64,000 nt of DNA from Pecten maximus (GCF_902652985.1 NC_047022.1:34720001-34784000), one strand, 5' to 3'; counted from the stretch's first letter, positions 1-13,430 are shown. Notes: a model not told the origin generated them from the sequence alone. A program made the numbers and translations.

Positions 1-23
1 ATTATTTATGTTATATGTAACAG

Positions 24-206
24 GTATTAACATTCGTTCGTGGCCAGTAATGGGTATGTACCAACCAGACGCCATCAAGGTTGTTATGATCAAAGGCAAG
101 TCGTACCTTCTCACGGCGAATGAAGGCAGCACAAAGGATTACTCCGATATCGCAGGATCAGGTGGCTTCAACGAAGAGTCAAGGGTGGCTGAATTAACCA
201 TAGATG
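24..206 (+). CDS. MSP130-like internal exon (GINIRSWPVMGMYQPDAIK...AELTID)
   Basis: cag acceptor at 21-23, gtaggt donor at 207; phase 1 at both ends. Confidence 0.88.
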
Positions 207-3200
207 GTAGGTTCATTGTCAGATTATTCATAATCCTTAAGGATGTTTTCCTCGTCTGATGGATCTTATCTTTATACAGATTTCGCACTTGTAAATTATG
301 TGCAAGTATTTTTCAGTTAACATCTGTAATCGCTTTTTTCTGCCCGACAGTAAGGTGTAAGAATTTTACCTGCTGCCACCATTTTATGATCGTAAGAGGC
401 GACTAAATTTGGGATCCTATCTGTTCTCTTCTTTCTTACCAACTTTCTCCTTCATGATGTCTGCCTTGACAGTGCCTCACATTTAGTCTTTAGTTAAGCG
501 TTCGCCCCTGTGAAGATGACTTTGGTTTCTGTCCCCTAGCCGAGACGTACAAGAGTCTTAAAAAATGGTAGTTGCTACTCCTGCATATGTGGATTGGGAC
601 GACTGGTTCGCCCGTTGTCAGAATAATGTGACCGGATGGGGTGTCTTGCTGGGTGTCACGGCAGTATGCTTCAGTGAGGTAGCACTATAAATCGGCACAA
701 GTTCCGGATTATCAAAAAGAAACTTAACATGAACATACCACAGCCTCCTAAAACACATACGCACTCACCAGAAGCATGCATATTGCACGCACGGGAAGCC
801 GTCCTTAAATGACCTAAGCTGTTGATAGGATGTTAAGCAAATCAAACCAAACCAAGACAGGCGGCCATTTTGGATTTTGACAATGGCAGGTTAATCCTGC
901 TATATCGTATTATATGAAGTTATTAAATGTTTTGAAGGAAGAGAAAAGATCATTCTTTCGTTTGACTGATATTAACCATTCAGTGGTGGGCGTGATTCAT
1001 GTCAGTCAAACGAAAGACTGATCTTTTCTCTTCCTTCAAAACGTTTAATTACTTTATATAACACGATATAGCGGGATTACCCTGCAATTGTCAAAATCAA
1101 AAAAAAAATCATTCAAAGGCGGGCCTGCCCTGCAGGTAGGGCGTTAGTGATCGTAAGAGGCGACTAAATTTGGGATCTTCTCTTTTCTCTTTCTGAACAA
1201 CTTTCTTCTTCCTAAGGTCTCCCTTGACAATGCCTTGCTTTTGGTCTTCAGTTGAGCGCTCGCCCAAGGGGACGACTGGTTCGCCCGTTGTCAGTATAAT
1301 GTGACCGGGTGGGGTGTCCTGCTGGGTGTCTTCGGAAGTATGCTTCAGTGAGGTAGAACTATAAATCGGCAAAAGTTCCAGCCTATCACAAGGAGACTTA
1401 ACACGAACATACCGCTGCCTCCCAAAACACACATACGCACTCATCACACGCATGCATGTCGCACTCACGGGAGGCCGTCCTTAAATGACCTAAGCTGTTA
1501 ATAGGACCTTAAACAAAATAAACCAAACCAAACCAAACCTGCTTAACGCTCAGCATTTTGGGAGTGGGACGACTGGTTTGCTCGTTTTCAGTATAATGTG
1601 ACCGGGTGGGGTGTCCTGCTCGGGTGTCTTCGGCAGTATGCTTCAGTGAGGTAGCACTATGAATCGGCAAAAATTCCGGCCTATCACAAGCAGACTTAAC
1701 ACGTAAATACCGCAGCCTCCCAAAACACACATACGCACTCATCACACGCATGCATATCGCAAACAAGGGAGGCCGTCCTTAAATGACCTTAGCTGTTCCA
1801 AACCAAACCAAAATCAATAGTGAGCGCAAAGATCCCTCTGGGATCTCTTTACATAAATTTAAATTGAATGTTTGTGCTTTCCATGATTAACTTAGAATGC
1901 ACTTATTGATTATGAAATGAAAATCTAACCGTTGTGATCTTTTGGATCTTTTGCATTTTATATGTACAATACAGCTTCCTTTCTAACATGGAACATTCAC
2001 AATGATGTGACATTTTTTGTTGGAATATTATGATATAGTCAACAGTATGTATGTTTACGGAGAAACTTTTATGCAAGTTAAAGGTATAGTGTTAATATTT
2101 CCTTTCGGTAATTGAATGATTTATGTCTAGTATATTCATATCGTTTCGATGTTTTAGATCACATTGATGCATCAGCACTTGTACCATACTGGGCTAGTCA
2201 AAACGGATTTCTATGGAATCTTCAAACTAACAAAAATTTGGGTAAGACATTTTCACTGATGTACAAATTGTCCCAGTTCAATTTTATTCATTCGGTGTAT
2301 CGCTTATGTTATAAAGCAGATCGCGTCGCTAAAGCCATCAACTGATTTGGAACTAATTAAACCGATTTGAAACAAATAACCATTTATACCCATTGTTTTC
2401 ACATCACAATAGCAGTATGAATGGAGCCTTTAAGTAGATAACAAATTAAACCCGATTGAAGCAACTGTTGGTGAATGGTCTCATTGCTACAGAGACAATC
2501 CCGAGGTTGTCATTGTCTGTGTAATGATGGGTCCTACATGTTTAGCGAAGTGTGATGACTAGCCTTAGTGCATCGCATGGAATGTAAGCAGTTCTTATTG
2601 GATGTATTATCTAAATCGCAAATAGACTGCATATGTCTTAAACATATATTTTCAACTATTATCTGACTCGCTATATAAATGAATAATAACCATTTTTTTT
2701 CCAAAGACTGGTCTCGCGATTTACTGTGAATGCTATCCCTGAACTGTTTATCGATCACGCGCTGCGGAATCGAACGCGCCTAGTTACAAACGTTCAGATG
2801 ACGGTAAATTTGATTACCTGTCGACTGCTTGTAAGCATGGCTTCGATATCTAGATTTAAACAAATTAACGATGACGGCTTTTTAACCTGACAGAGAACAG
2901 GGACTCTGTAAATACTCAAAATAGCACGAAGTTGGCAGTAAGAATTCTTCATACCTACTGCGATCAACAGCTTTATCAAGCAGCGAGTTTTAGGCAGCCG
3001 ACAAATCCGAGTTGAACGAAAAGCTGAAGAAGTTATACGCTAAGTTGAGGACACAAAAGCGGGACTTTGTATAATAACTTCATTGGTCAGATTACAAAAC
3101 AGTTGTTTTATGTCAACAGTCTTCGGTCGAGGTAAAACAGTTAATCTGGTCGGTACCAACACCATGGGAGAACAGTTAAAATTGTTATGTAAAAGTAAAT

Positions 3201-6200
3201 TGAGTATTTTCGACTGTTGACGGTCAATGTTTTTGACTGTTGACTGGCGAGGAACATCCGCGCGCGCCCAAACACCCAAAGGATTACGATGAAGCGGCCT
3301 CGGGAAAGTTCACCGTGTTGGTTCCAACACCTCGGGGAAGAGCTTTGACTGTTGACTGATAAGGCATGCAACAATTGTATACTGTTGGCCATAAAAGGCA
3401 TGAAACAACTGTAATGTTAACATAAGCTGGTAGTAGAGTAGTGGCCACTGCACTACAGGGAAAACATAAATCACGTGGATCGTGCTGTTCTCCTGTAACG
3501 CAGTGAGCGTTTCTACCCGAAACAGAATGCAGTTTAATGCTTGGTAAATTATTTTTTGCGATTTATTATTTTCGATGTATTAGTGTCTAAAACAATTTCC
3601 GGACAAGGCACATTAATTGATTCCAAGCAGTTGTGATAATAACATGCGTCATTCATTGCTCATTCATACATGTATAGCTGTATTTTGAAATAAGGTGGAT
3701 TTCTGTTTTTGATAATCGAAAGTTAAATATTAATTTAAATTTCTTCAATTACCCTAATGTTGACATTCGTTTAAATTGAAGGACGTCTTGAGGTCAGTAA
3801 CCTGGAAGGGAAGCATGGGGATGCATATGACGATCTGTATACGTTTGGCGGCAGAAGCATATCTTTATACGACCTTAGCAACTTTAACCAAGTTTACGAT
3901 AGCGGAAGTGAGGTAGAGGAAATGATTGCACAGCACCGAAGTGATCTGTTCAACGCTAACGGAAAATCGAAAACGACTGTCGTATCCGCGTCAAAAGATT
4001 CCCGATCTGATGCAAGGGTATGTCTGCAATACTTTTTATGTTTACTTAATGATTGAAGGATTATATTGCTTAAAATTTAAATATCACTGTGTGCAGTGTG
4101 ATGCATTTATACAGTGTCAATACTGTTCGAGAATGGTGTATGATGTTCAACAGATTCGATACTATTCATGGTTACATTCTAAGTATACAAAGCCATCCAC
4201 AAAACTAAAATGAATACCAACATCATTACCAAGGTTTGATAATACAAAAAAAGTAGCAAGTCTGAAGATTCTGTTCGGGTCTGTTAGTATATACAATATC
4301 TTGAACTATCTAAGTTATTGGTCTTTATAACAAGATTTGAGTAACCATAGCCACTTTTTTTTATTTTAAACTGATCGTGAGTGTACCAAATTTTACCAAT
4401 ATATATCTTCATTTTTACATGTTTCGTTTTTTTATGTCACTTTGTCTCTTGCCCAATTTACTCGTATTTTTAATAACATATTTAGCCCTTATGACCTTAA
4501 TAGTGTTGATGGACCGTTAATCATTTTAACTACTTGTAACTAACAAGGAAATAAGACCGGTTGTTCCGGATCACCAAGCGTCCTCTCCATCATTGACGAC
4601 TCTAGCCATAGAAATCTAGGTCAAATCTGGGTTAAGTCACAATCTCGAATGAGAGTTGGTGTGGCAACAGGTATCAAACAAGCCTGGCGATATATCGCAT
4701 ATGGAACTAGAATGTTTCCAAATAGGATCATGATGTCGAACTTAAAAATTCACATGGTCTTCATTAATGTGCTTCCCTTGTAACCCTGTATTGTTATTGA
4801 ATGTCAATTCTCAATAGTAATCTGCATCGGTCACGAAAATTGTGATGATAGGAATAAACATTTGAATATCGAATCAACTGAAAAAGGAAGGAATGCGGAG
4901 ATGTTGATATCTAGAAAAGGAAAATTAATAATTAGGAAATTGAAATCATCACACTTAGTTGTAGACGTCGATAAGTAATGATTGAAGTAGGCGGCTGCTG
5001 TTGAAGAGTCGATAGTGTTCTTTGATTTCCGAGTTCCTCCAGGTGCAACATAATTGCATAAAAGGAATGTAATAATATATGGTTATAATTATATTTACTG
5101 ATATACTGTGAAATGGTGCTGTTGTCTTTAAAGGGGCATTCCTTTGTTCGGACATTAAAAACGTGCAAAATTTGTATCGATAAAATCTATGCCCGAATGA
5201 GGATTGTATGAGTTTTTGTGCCTACTAGTAATGACAGTAACGCCTTAAATGTACATAAAGAGTAAAACTGTCGTATGAATATAAAGGTAATAACTTTTAC
5301 TGCTTGAGGGAAATTTATAATCCCCATTTAGTTTTATTTGGGCGACATTCACTTTACAAACGAAGGAATGTCTCTTTAAAAGATATGCCACAAAACAAAA
5401 TATTACAATACGTTATTTTTCCCGGTGTACACAGGGTATTCCAGACAGGCTATACGTACCCACTATAACGATTAACATAGTTTATGTTGTTATTCTCATC
5501 GTAGGGTCTATGTTGTTATTCTCATCGTAGGGTCCAGAAATTGAAAGTCTAGCTGTACTTGAAGACGGTAATACGACAGTGATATTTGCTGGTATAGAAA
5601 GGCCGGGCCTAATTGCCGTCTACTCCGTCACTGGGGATGTGAACTCTGTACAGTTTGAGAGTCTCTGGAGTGGAATAACTAGGACAGATGACACGTTCGA
5701 AAATCTGTACAACCAGCGCCTCATCAGTGATGTCGGCCCAGACGATCTCAGGTGAGGATAAATAACTTTGTGAATTAGAGTATAAATTAAATTTGAGTTA
5801 TTATGTAATACGTACTACGAATTTTCTGCAAAATATATTTTTCAATAATGTAATGGATGCGTCGGTAGGCTTTTTCGCAATTGCACTTTGTTGTCGGTTT
5901 TCTAACGCCTCCCATAACACATAATTACCACATGCGTGCATATCGCACCCAGGGGAGGCCATCCTTATTTACCTTAGCTGTTTGTAGGACATTAAACAAA
6001 TACCAAAACAAATCCAGACCTGCCAACTACTACTATTTTATAGTAATCTTTACTATTTTGTGGTGGTCGTTACTCTTTTTTCTCTCGAAATAGTAGCAAA
6101 TTACTCTTTTTGATGCAATAGATTTGGCAAGAATTGTTAAGAATTACTCTTTTTTTGCTCAAAAATGGGCCAAATTACTATTTTTGAATTTGAAAGGTTG

Positions 6201-6890
6201 GCAGGTCTGCAAATCGCTCCTAATTGATAAATATAAGCTCTTACAAAAGTGTCAATGATGTAAATTTTGACAATTGAAGTTTGTTATCGCGATTTCGCAG
6301 AAAGAAGTGAAGAGATCTTTCTCAAATTTTATACGTAGGTTCCCCTTGATCTCTAGTTGAAGTTTGATACTGTTAGTACTCAAAGGAGGAGTGCCAATTT
6401 GGGCTGTTAAGCGGCCAATCAGTGATAAGGCTTATTTTTTGCAGAACGATACATTATGTGGCTTATAAGCCTCTGCTAGATTGACAGTCGATCGTCTACA
6501 TAGCCTTATCTACATATTTTAATTTGTTGTGCCTGACGACGATTGTTATGCGAGCTGTAGAACAACATTTTCCGTCAAAGTTCCGAACTTATTTATCTCT
6601 ATACACTGTCTATTAATCTCGAAAAGAAGTATTTTCATTTTGTGCAATGCTGTCAACTTTTTTTATAATAATTCTTGTTTATATTTGATAAGTTTGATTT
6701 TCATTTACTATGTCTAGAAATAAGCTTTCTACAAATATAGTTTGATTCCCTGATTGACAGGTACATCCCCGCACATGAGAGTCCCAACAACATGCCACTT
6801 CTACTGAGCACGGCGTCTGGCAGTGGTACAGTCTCAGTGTTACAGATAAAAGGTTTGAGTGGTTCAGGCAGCAGTGGCAGTGCCAAATAA
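24..6890 (+). CDS. MSP130: 3' part (5 exons: 24-206, 2158-2241, 3782-4017, 5531-5751, 6761-6890) of an MSP130-like / choice-of-anchor I family glycoprotein; 5' exons lie before the window
   Basis: All introns are GT..AG with consistent phases (1,1,0,2). The spliced frame reads ...GMYQPDAIKVVMIKGKSYLLTANEG...NLGRLEVSNLEG...LYTFGGRSISLYD...VYDSGSEVE...DSRSDARGPEIESLAV...IFAGIERPGLIAVY...DVGPDDLRYIPAHESPNNMPLLLSTASGSGTVSVLQI...*. These are recognisable MSP130/choice-of-anchor-I motifs (MYQPD, TANEG, FGGRS, SDxxGPE, GxER, SGTVS). Confidence 0.88.
340..855 (+). mobile_element. SINE family A (Meta-domain-like), near full length, in an MSP130 intron
   Basis: Similar to copies at 1126, 17285 and 27800. 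Has a central AAAAATGGTAGTTGCTACTCCTGC block and a 3' tail GTCCTTAAATGACC..GCTGTT..AGGA.GTTAA followed by (AAACC)n. Confidence 0.85.
873..1098. mobile_element. Foldback/MITE-like long inverted repeat (~100-bp arms)
   Basis: gattttgacaatggcagg...gaagagaaaagatca..ctttcgtttgactga is mirrored by tcagtcaaacgaaag.ctgatcttttctcttc...cctgcaattgtcaaaatc. Confidence 0.75.
1126..1812 (+). mobile_element. Two tandem SINE family A copies (internally deleted 1126-1537; 5'-truncated 1538-1812)
   Basis: Direct similarity to 17285-17800; both end in an AAACC tail. The minus-strand ORFs 1109-1468 and 1509-1766 are by-products. Confidence 0.88.
2158..2241 (+). CDS. MSP130-like internal exon (DHIDASALVPYWASQNGFLWNLQTNKNLG)
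   Basis: ttttag acceptor and gtaaga donor; phase 1/1; joins to give NLG-RLEV. Confidence 0.8.
3092..3420. mobile_element. Degenerate MITE-like element
   Basis: Imperfect terminal inverted repeats ttacaaaacagttgttttatg / catgaaacaactgtaatgttaa and internal tcaacagtc / gactgttga inverted motifs. Confidence 0.45.
3782..4017 (+). CDS. MSP130-like internal exon (GRLEVSNLEG...FGGRSISLY...DSRSDAR)
   Basis: aag acceptor, gtatgt donor, open frame carrying family motifs. Confidence 0.9.
4330..4525 (+). repeat. Dispersed repeat, probable LINE 3' UTR fragment (copy 1; copy 2 at 43127-43320)
   Basis: acaagatttgagtaa.catagccacttttt...gcccttatgacctt.atagtgttgatgg.ccgttaa is present at both sites; a weaker relative is at ~15640-15750. 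Confidence 0.75.
5128..5379. mobile_element. Non-autonomous DNA element with TTAAAG...CTTTAA ends (Kolobok/Crypton-type MITE)
   Basis: ttaaaggggcattcctttgtt ... aacgaaggaatgtctctttaa terminal inverted repeats. Confidence 0.6.
5531..5751 (+). CDS. MSP130-like internal exon (GPEIESLAV...GIERPG...VGPDDL)
   Basis: tag acceptor (duplicated, see findings), gtgagg donor. Confidence 0.9.
6015..6209. mobile_element. MITE with CAGACCTGCCAAC TIRs
   Basis: Perfect 13-bp TIR cagacctgccaac / gttggcaggtctg flanked by the direct repeat caaatc; inserted at the end of a SINE A tail fragment (5925-6014). Confidence 0.75.
6761..6890 (+). CDS. MSP130-like probable last coding exon (RYIPAHESP...SGTVSVLQIKGLSGSGSSGSAK*)
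   Basis: cag acceptor at 6758-6760, phase 2, TAA at 6888-6890. Confidence 0.8.
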
Positions 6891-9800
6891 ATTTCGTGGA
6901 GGCACGTACAATGCATGTGCCAAAAACTTATTTCAACGTCTAAAGTGTTTTAGTTGAAAGGGAGATAACTGTGTTAGGTTTCATGTAATTATGAATTCTA
7001 TAACAATTGCATGTGATGATGCGACGCCATCCTAAAATATCACAAAGCTTATATAAAATAATGATGTATTAGATTACCACTCGCTTGATTCAGAGTACTA
7101 GATTGCCTACCCACACTACTACATGTATCCTCTGTGGAAAATGCTGTATATTGCTTTTCTCTAGGCATCGAATGACTGGAATTCGCCGGGGACAGGAAAA
7201 CACTACATTATTTTAAAACGTAGTCATATCATTGCTGTTCGTATTAGCTATGCCACAATGTATGTAAAGATTTGTATATATTTTTTCATGCATCAACAAA
7301 ATGTTGTTCACTCTGGATTTATTTCATTTTCAATATTTGTTGTTTTATTTTAGCGTTGATGGATATCAAAACTTTTGTCCGATTGAATTCGGTTTTTATC
7401 TTTCGTCCTCTTTGTTCTCACAACAGAAGGCATACAGACATAGCAGTGAAGTCGAACTGAGCAATTATTCTCATCAAGATTAGGAATTCCGCAGTGATTG
7501 AGTGTGACTGCAAACTATAAACCCGTTTTGAGTAAGGAACATGTTAACGTCTAATTTGAATGTTTATCCATGCAACAATGATATTACTTATTTGTACAAG
7601 TTCACTTTTATCAAAATATCTACCATTATAGTTTTTATTTCCAGTACCGAGGTAAGCTTTATGGTGGAAATACGCTGATGCATAGTTAAAAAAAATGTCT
7701 GCCAGGTTATTTATCATTAAATATGATTAACTGAGTATATATCTTCTGTGTTCTTCTTACCTCAACGTGTGATAAGTACAAACCATCTTACATTTTACAT
7801 CCCACACAAACATTACAACAATTCAGCACAATGAAATCTTAACAATAACAGCACATGTTTTATAATTTGAATACCTGTACCACTTATCTCGATGAAATTT
7901 GTGTCATATTTAAAGCCGTTATGTAATTTGCCCAAACACGATACATGAAATATTGTTAACTTAAAGGATTAAGTGCTTAGTACTCATTATCACTTGTAAA
8001 GCTTTAAATCATTATAGGATTGTAAATGGGCAAAATGTTTCGAAAAGTGTCTTTTGTTGCTTCCACGTTTTAACATTCTCATTTTAATGCGTTGAAACCT
8101 CTCTCGAGGAGGTGCTACTGCGCCGCTGTTAATGTTTAATAATTTCTGATATCGGTGATGTATGTTAACAATTATCCCTGATTAAGAATTTCATTCATTT
8201 GACGAGTATATGATGAATGTCAGGAATGTTCGTTAAGGAATATGCACTTGTGACCATGCCAATGTTATCTCCTACTGACCATTGATGGGTGATTTACTCG
8301 TATAACGCTGTATCATGTGTTGACCAGTGATACTTGATACATACACGAGACAAGTCTGTGGCCAAACCAAAAGTTGAATTTAACGCTGCTGATAGCTTCA
8401 ACATTGATAACAATGATGAATGTTCTTATTCCGGTCACAAATTGGGATAGCGTATGAAAAGATACTTCAATAGAGACGTCATTGTCATAAATACGTTGTT
8501 TACTGTATGTATATAAAACCTAGTCCACTAACTACACTATCAGTTATACGCAAGTTAGTAACTTTGAAGTTCAATGGCCACTTTCTCTGGACATGTCCGA
8601 CTGCGAGTAAATACCCTGCTCTAGTTATAATTACCTGACGTAGATTAAATTTCCACGTGTTATGTCCGGCTCGCACACGACAAAATAATGGTTTCAGAGT
8701 TCAAAACGTAGTTAAATTTTTATACACATTTTGCTTGCGGAATTTTTGCGCTCTTTTAAAAAATATGTTCCTCAGTTCAATCTAGTAATAGGGCCGATTA
8801 TGTTTACTGTACAATATACTACAGATTGTAACAATAAATATAAAAGGTACTCTTACATTTACCGCAAACGTCAAACATTGTTTAAATTCTGTTGATACTT
8901 AAATCAGGACATCTATAATATGTAATAATGTTAATTATAGTCCCGGATAAGACAAATTTATCTTTTGATAATTTTACTAAAGTGCATTATATTAATTGAA
9001 ACAAAACATCTTATCTGTACACATACATGCGTACCATCTATTTGTTTTCCTTTGTATCGTGATAGTCATAATACCCTGGATGGATCTGTAATAACTTCAT
9101 TCCAATATCTTCGAGTAACCGGAAAGTTTCTTAAATTGTGCGACGTAGTATTTATTTTTTTTCTTCGGCCAAGTGTAGGCCCACAATATAACATTATCCA
9201 ATGGTTTGCAGCAAATTGTTTGCTGCGACTTACAACGAATATTGCTAATAGGTCTTACAAATGAAAAGTCTCTGTGATATTGTGTTAATAAACTAAAAGT
9301 ATACTTAGTTCATATAAACACGAATCCTGTATCCTGAGCTCAATTCCGGAAGATTTACTGTTTTTGAGGCTGTCATAAGCTCGGTTAGAACTAGAACAAT
9401 GTCGTTTAACCACTTCAATAAATCAATAACTTGTTTTTGAGAATCTACTGCCGACAAGAACGTCGACAGATTGCTATATATCTGCTGGACTCCGTCCAGA
9501 AAGCTTAAAAGGATATAAAACATACTTTTTGAACAAAAGATATTGTGCATGGAGACTAGATGATCCGGCAGGTTAAGCACTTTCCGCTGGTCAAGCTTCA
9601 TACTATAAAAGTGTACAGCGTGGGTTTGTGAACCAAGGTGGATAACTCGCCAATGGAACCAATATAAGTCATCACATCTATCAGAAAAAAGTTCTAGACT
9701 GACGTATTACTTGATAAGTTATCTCACAAGTACTTTTTGTCTCGTGTATTTACAATAAATCGGTAACTATTCCTGTCCTGATCAGAATAAATACTGACAA

Positions 9801-12589
9801 TGGTCATATTTCACTTGCAAAAGTTGCATGTATTTACATTATAATGGGTATATACTTATATTAGTTTATATCGTGGTGACTGTACACGTGAATGTATTTA
9901 CTGCAGATGATTAATGGCTCAACGTAATAGAATGGCAGAAATGATACTGCATTGATATGACATTTTAGTCGAGTTCAAATTTGATGAATAGAAAAGAAAA
10001 AGGCAATTGAATGATTGAGATATTGTGAATGATTAAGATATTGCAAACTTGAGTGTTTCTCCAGCTTCAAAGCATAGATTATAATGTTTATGTGCAATCC
10101 AAAGATATCCTTACCTTTAGCTCGAAATGACCTATATCAAGAAGCAATGCTTAATCGGTATGAGGTACCTGTAATATTTTACCAATAGAACTGACTGAAG
10201 TCACCAAGGTTCACACATACATCATATACTACTTGAATCGTGTCGCGAAACCAGCTACTCTGCAATGGCGGCTAATCTGAACACAATCTTTATGACATCC
10301 TTACAAGTGATAGACTTGTGTACATAGGTATATCCACATCCTTGTTACCTTTGTATAGGGATTATTGGGTTGTAGTTACCATATTTACATTGCATCGTAA
10401 ATACCCAATTTTACTTATTTTCTGATGATATATGTTGTATTTAAATCTTCAGCGATATTTTCAAAACTTTTGGCAATATGAAATGTCAATAAAAGGCGAT
10501 CTCACACGTTCGGTTCGACATTTAAGAGGATATACGTCCCACAGAAAGTATGGGTTGTTTGTCGTATTCTGCTTAATAATGAAGCTTATTCTCCAGGATG
10601 TATGTGTATATGATAATCAGTCAAACATCGTTACTGATAGGAATATCCCCGGTAAATACACATTAGACTTCCCTCAGTTACAATAATATTAAAATAGTTT
10701 AAAATATTTTCAAAATGTAAATGATAGTATGAATAATAAAATATATATATAATTATAAAACGTAATTGTAATGAAAGTATAGAAATTCCCCAAAAAAATT
10801 ATGAAATAGGCTTATTTATAACATTCTTTTTGTCAGAAATAGAACTATAAACCAGTAGGTTTTAAGATGGCTATTACATGAATAGTAAAGAAGGTCGAGG
10901 GCTCGTCAGTGAATACCTTGAATCGAAGATGTAGTTACCAAGGAAACCGGACAAGCATTAGAACCATGTGGTGGCGAGGCTGCCGACGATATATTACACC
11001 AATACAGGAGAGTACAGTCCATTCTAATGTGAGTTATATGTGTCCATCAGCAATAGAATTTGGCTGATTTGTATCAAATAAAATTATTTGTAGATGTGTG
11101 TTTGAGTGTCAATTCATTCCTGTAAATCGTTTGATGTCACGAAGCTGAGGAGTTATATGTGGTCGTCGTTCTCTGCTCCCCTTGTTAATAACGGGTTATT
11201 ATATCGAAATTATATCCATTGTAGACTATGGTTTGTAGTATAAGTGACCTTTGCCCCCAGTAAAAAGGTGTTGGAATGTGTCGTGTAATCGATTAATAAC
11301 GAGGCTGACAGCAAGCTCGATGGACTTGTTAGCATAATAACAAAATTTCTGAATATCATCTGGTCACAATATTTGATGTCATTTATCTCCACTTTCCGTT
11401 ATAAAATAAGTGAACTGAAACGTGTTACAAAACATCTAAAGCGTGTATTGTTTACGTACTCAAAAGATGTTCATTATGATCATGGGTAAATAAATATTCT
11501 ATCAAACTACGAATCGGGGAAACGCCTTTCAAAACATTATGTTCTACAAACTACTGAAGTCAATATTCACTGAATTTTACGAGTTTTTGTATATCTGACT
11601 TGTCAGCGGTACCTATATCAAAACAACAATCCATGTCAAATGCGTCCAAGCATACTATACATACAATAACGGGAGTAGAACAGAAATGAAATCCATCGCG
11701 ACAGACTTCCACGGATGATTTATCTTAACTAGGCCGACTATTTATATGACAACCAAAATAGCATCATCAACATGGTCACAAATACACGTAACTTGACAGT
11801 CCACTGACGGAATTCTCTGGTCATAAATGTGTGATAATTTCTGTATTGACTTAGAACTTAGAATAAATGTTTATCGATCTATATCGGTAGAGTATAGTAA
11901 CTCATGTATAGTAGTCATGCTATGCTATATTTTTGTCATTCAGCAAGATATTTGTTTAAACATTGGTTGATGCATTAACGGTAATATATATTACCACAAA
12001 AGCCATCAAATGTAGCTTGATTACATGTGTCTGAGTGTATCAAATAACATAAACAGGTAGGTAGATCAATGTTTTAATCCTGATGTGAAGACAACCCTGG
12101 GGTGAATGAAAAAACCGTGACGGTGTGTCTATTGTCGAGGGTCACGTGGGTACAAACCCTCAGGGTGACATAAGACAGTTTACCAAGACACACACGTGAA
12201 TATCGCCTATACATGTACATTTAACCTTATAGATACGGTATTGTTCTGTCGAATAATACTGCATCATAAAGCTGCTTTGTCCTTCGACTGGTCAGTAAAC
12301 ATTTTATAATTGTTTATAATAGTGACCGATTGTCCTGGCTTACTTGGCTCCCCCTGTTGTCAATAATTTGTTTTCGCTGTCGAGATGTATCTATCAATCA
12401 ACAATATGATATTCATTTTAAGTATTCCTTCTTTCAGCAATTCAGGAATTTTTTGGAAACAAGTATTACTATACATAGTAACGTTTTATTAACGAACTTT
12501 GTTACATACACAATACCATCAACATGTGCTTATGTTACTGCCCAGCAGATAGGGCGTAATAATTGTACATGTCACATGATTTGTAAAAG

Positions 12590-12850
12590 ACAATCAAATT
12601 TTAGATCTTTTCTGTTCTTTTCTTATAACTTATGTATCCCTTGACATTGCTTCACTCTGTCCTGCAGGTGGGGTGTAAGAATTGTACCCGCTGCCCCCTT
12701 TGCATGATCGTAAGAGGCGACTAAATTTAGGTTCTTTCGTTTCTCTTCTTCTTAACAACTTTCTTCTTCCCAATGTCTCCCTTGACAATGTCACACTTTT
12801 GGCCTTTAATTGAGCGTTCGTCCCTGTGAGGAAAGCTTTCGGTTCTGTAG
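12590..12850 (+). mobile_element. SINE family A 5' fragments
   Basis: cctgcaggtggggtgtaagaattgtacccgctgccccc...tcgtaagaggcgactaaa head, then a pyrimidine tract and ttgagcgttcg. Confidence 0.8.
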
Positions 12851-13430
12851 CTCGAGTTTCCTCTGGCCGCGACACCATGTCTGGTGTAGGGCCAGATCGC
12901 ACTACTATATGAAAACGTGGAATTCTCCGACACCGTTTGGTGTCGCTAAGATTTTGGTACAAATACAATAAAATCGGGCGTGACATAACACTTACCTTCA
13001 GATATATAGATAAATGATATATTTATTTACATTTGTACCCCAAAAGCCCTGTTTAGACCTAAATCGGTGTTCTATTCCGTCCGTATAGACCCTCGCATTA
13101 CGCATTATCCCATTTTACGAAAGACAGCTCTGCTGAAAGTGAAATTAATCATGCCAAGCAAATGATTGGAAGCATCATTCGTACACTTGAACCATTTGTG
13201 AGTAATATTGATTTTTCTTTTTTCTTTTGTTTGTTTTTCGAGCAAAATGGATTTTGACGGAATTAGGAGTCATTATTTTCATGATATGACGTCACGACAT
13301 GTATATTACACTAATGACAGATCTAAAAATATTACCTAGGCGAATTCACGGTATATATGGAGTTTAAAATGCTTCCTCCTGATATACATGTAACTACCGT
13401 CCTGACTGCATTGGGTTTGCGCTGTCTTAT

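Noticed and set aside
1109-1766. Similar minus-strand ORFs (also 12630-12986, 17522-17722) that look like a small gene family
   Set aside because: They are antisense readings of SINE A copies
24-6890. Bacterial contamination suggested by the bacterial-type MSP130 motifs
   Set aside because: The gene has spliceosomal introns filled with host SINEs and MITEs
7165-7267. Possible extra MSP130 terminal exon with hydrophobic VVISLLFVLAM
   Set aside because: An in-frame TAA precedes the hydrophobic stretch, and I found no phase-compatible donor
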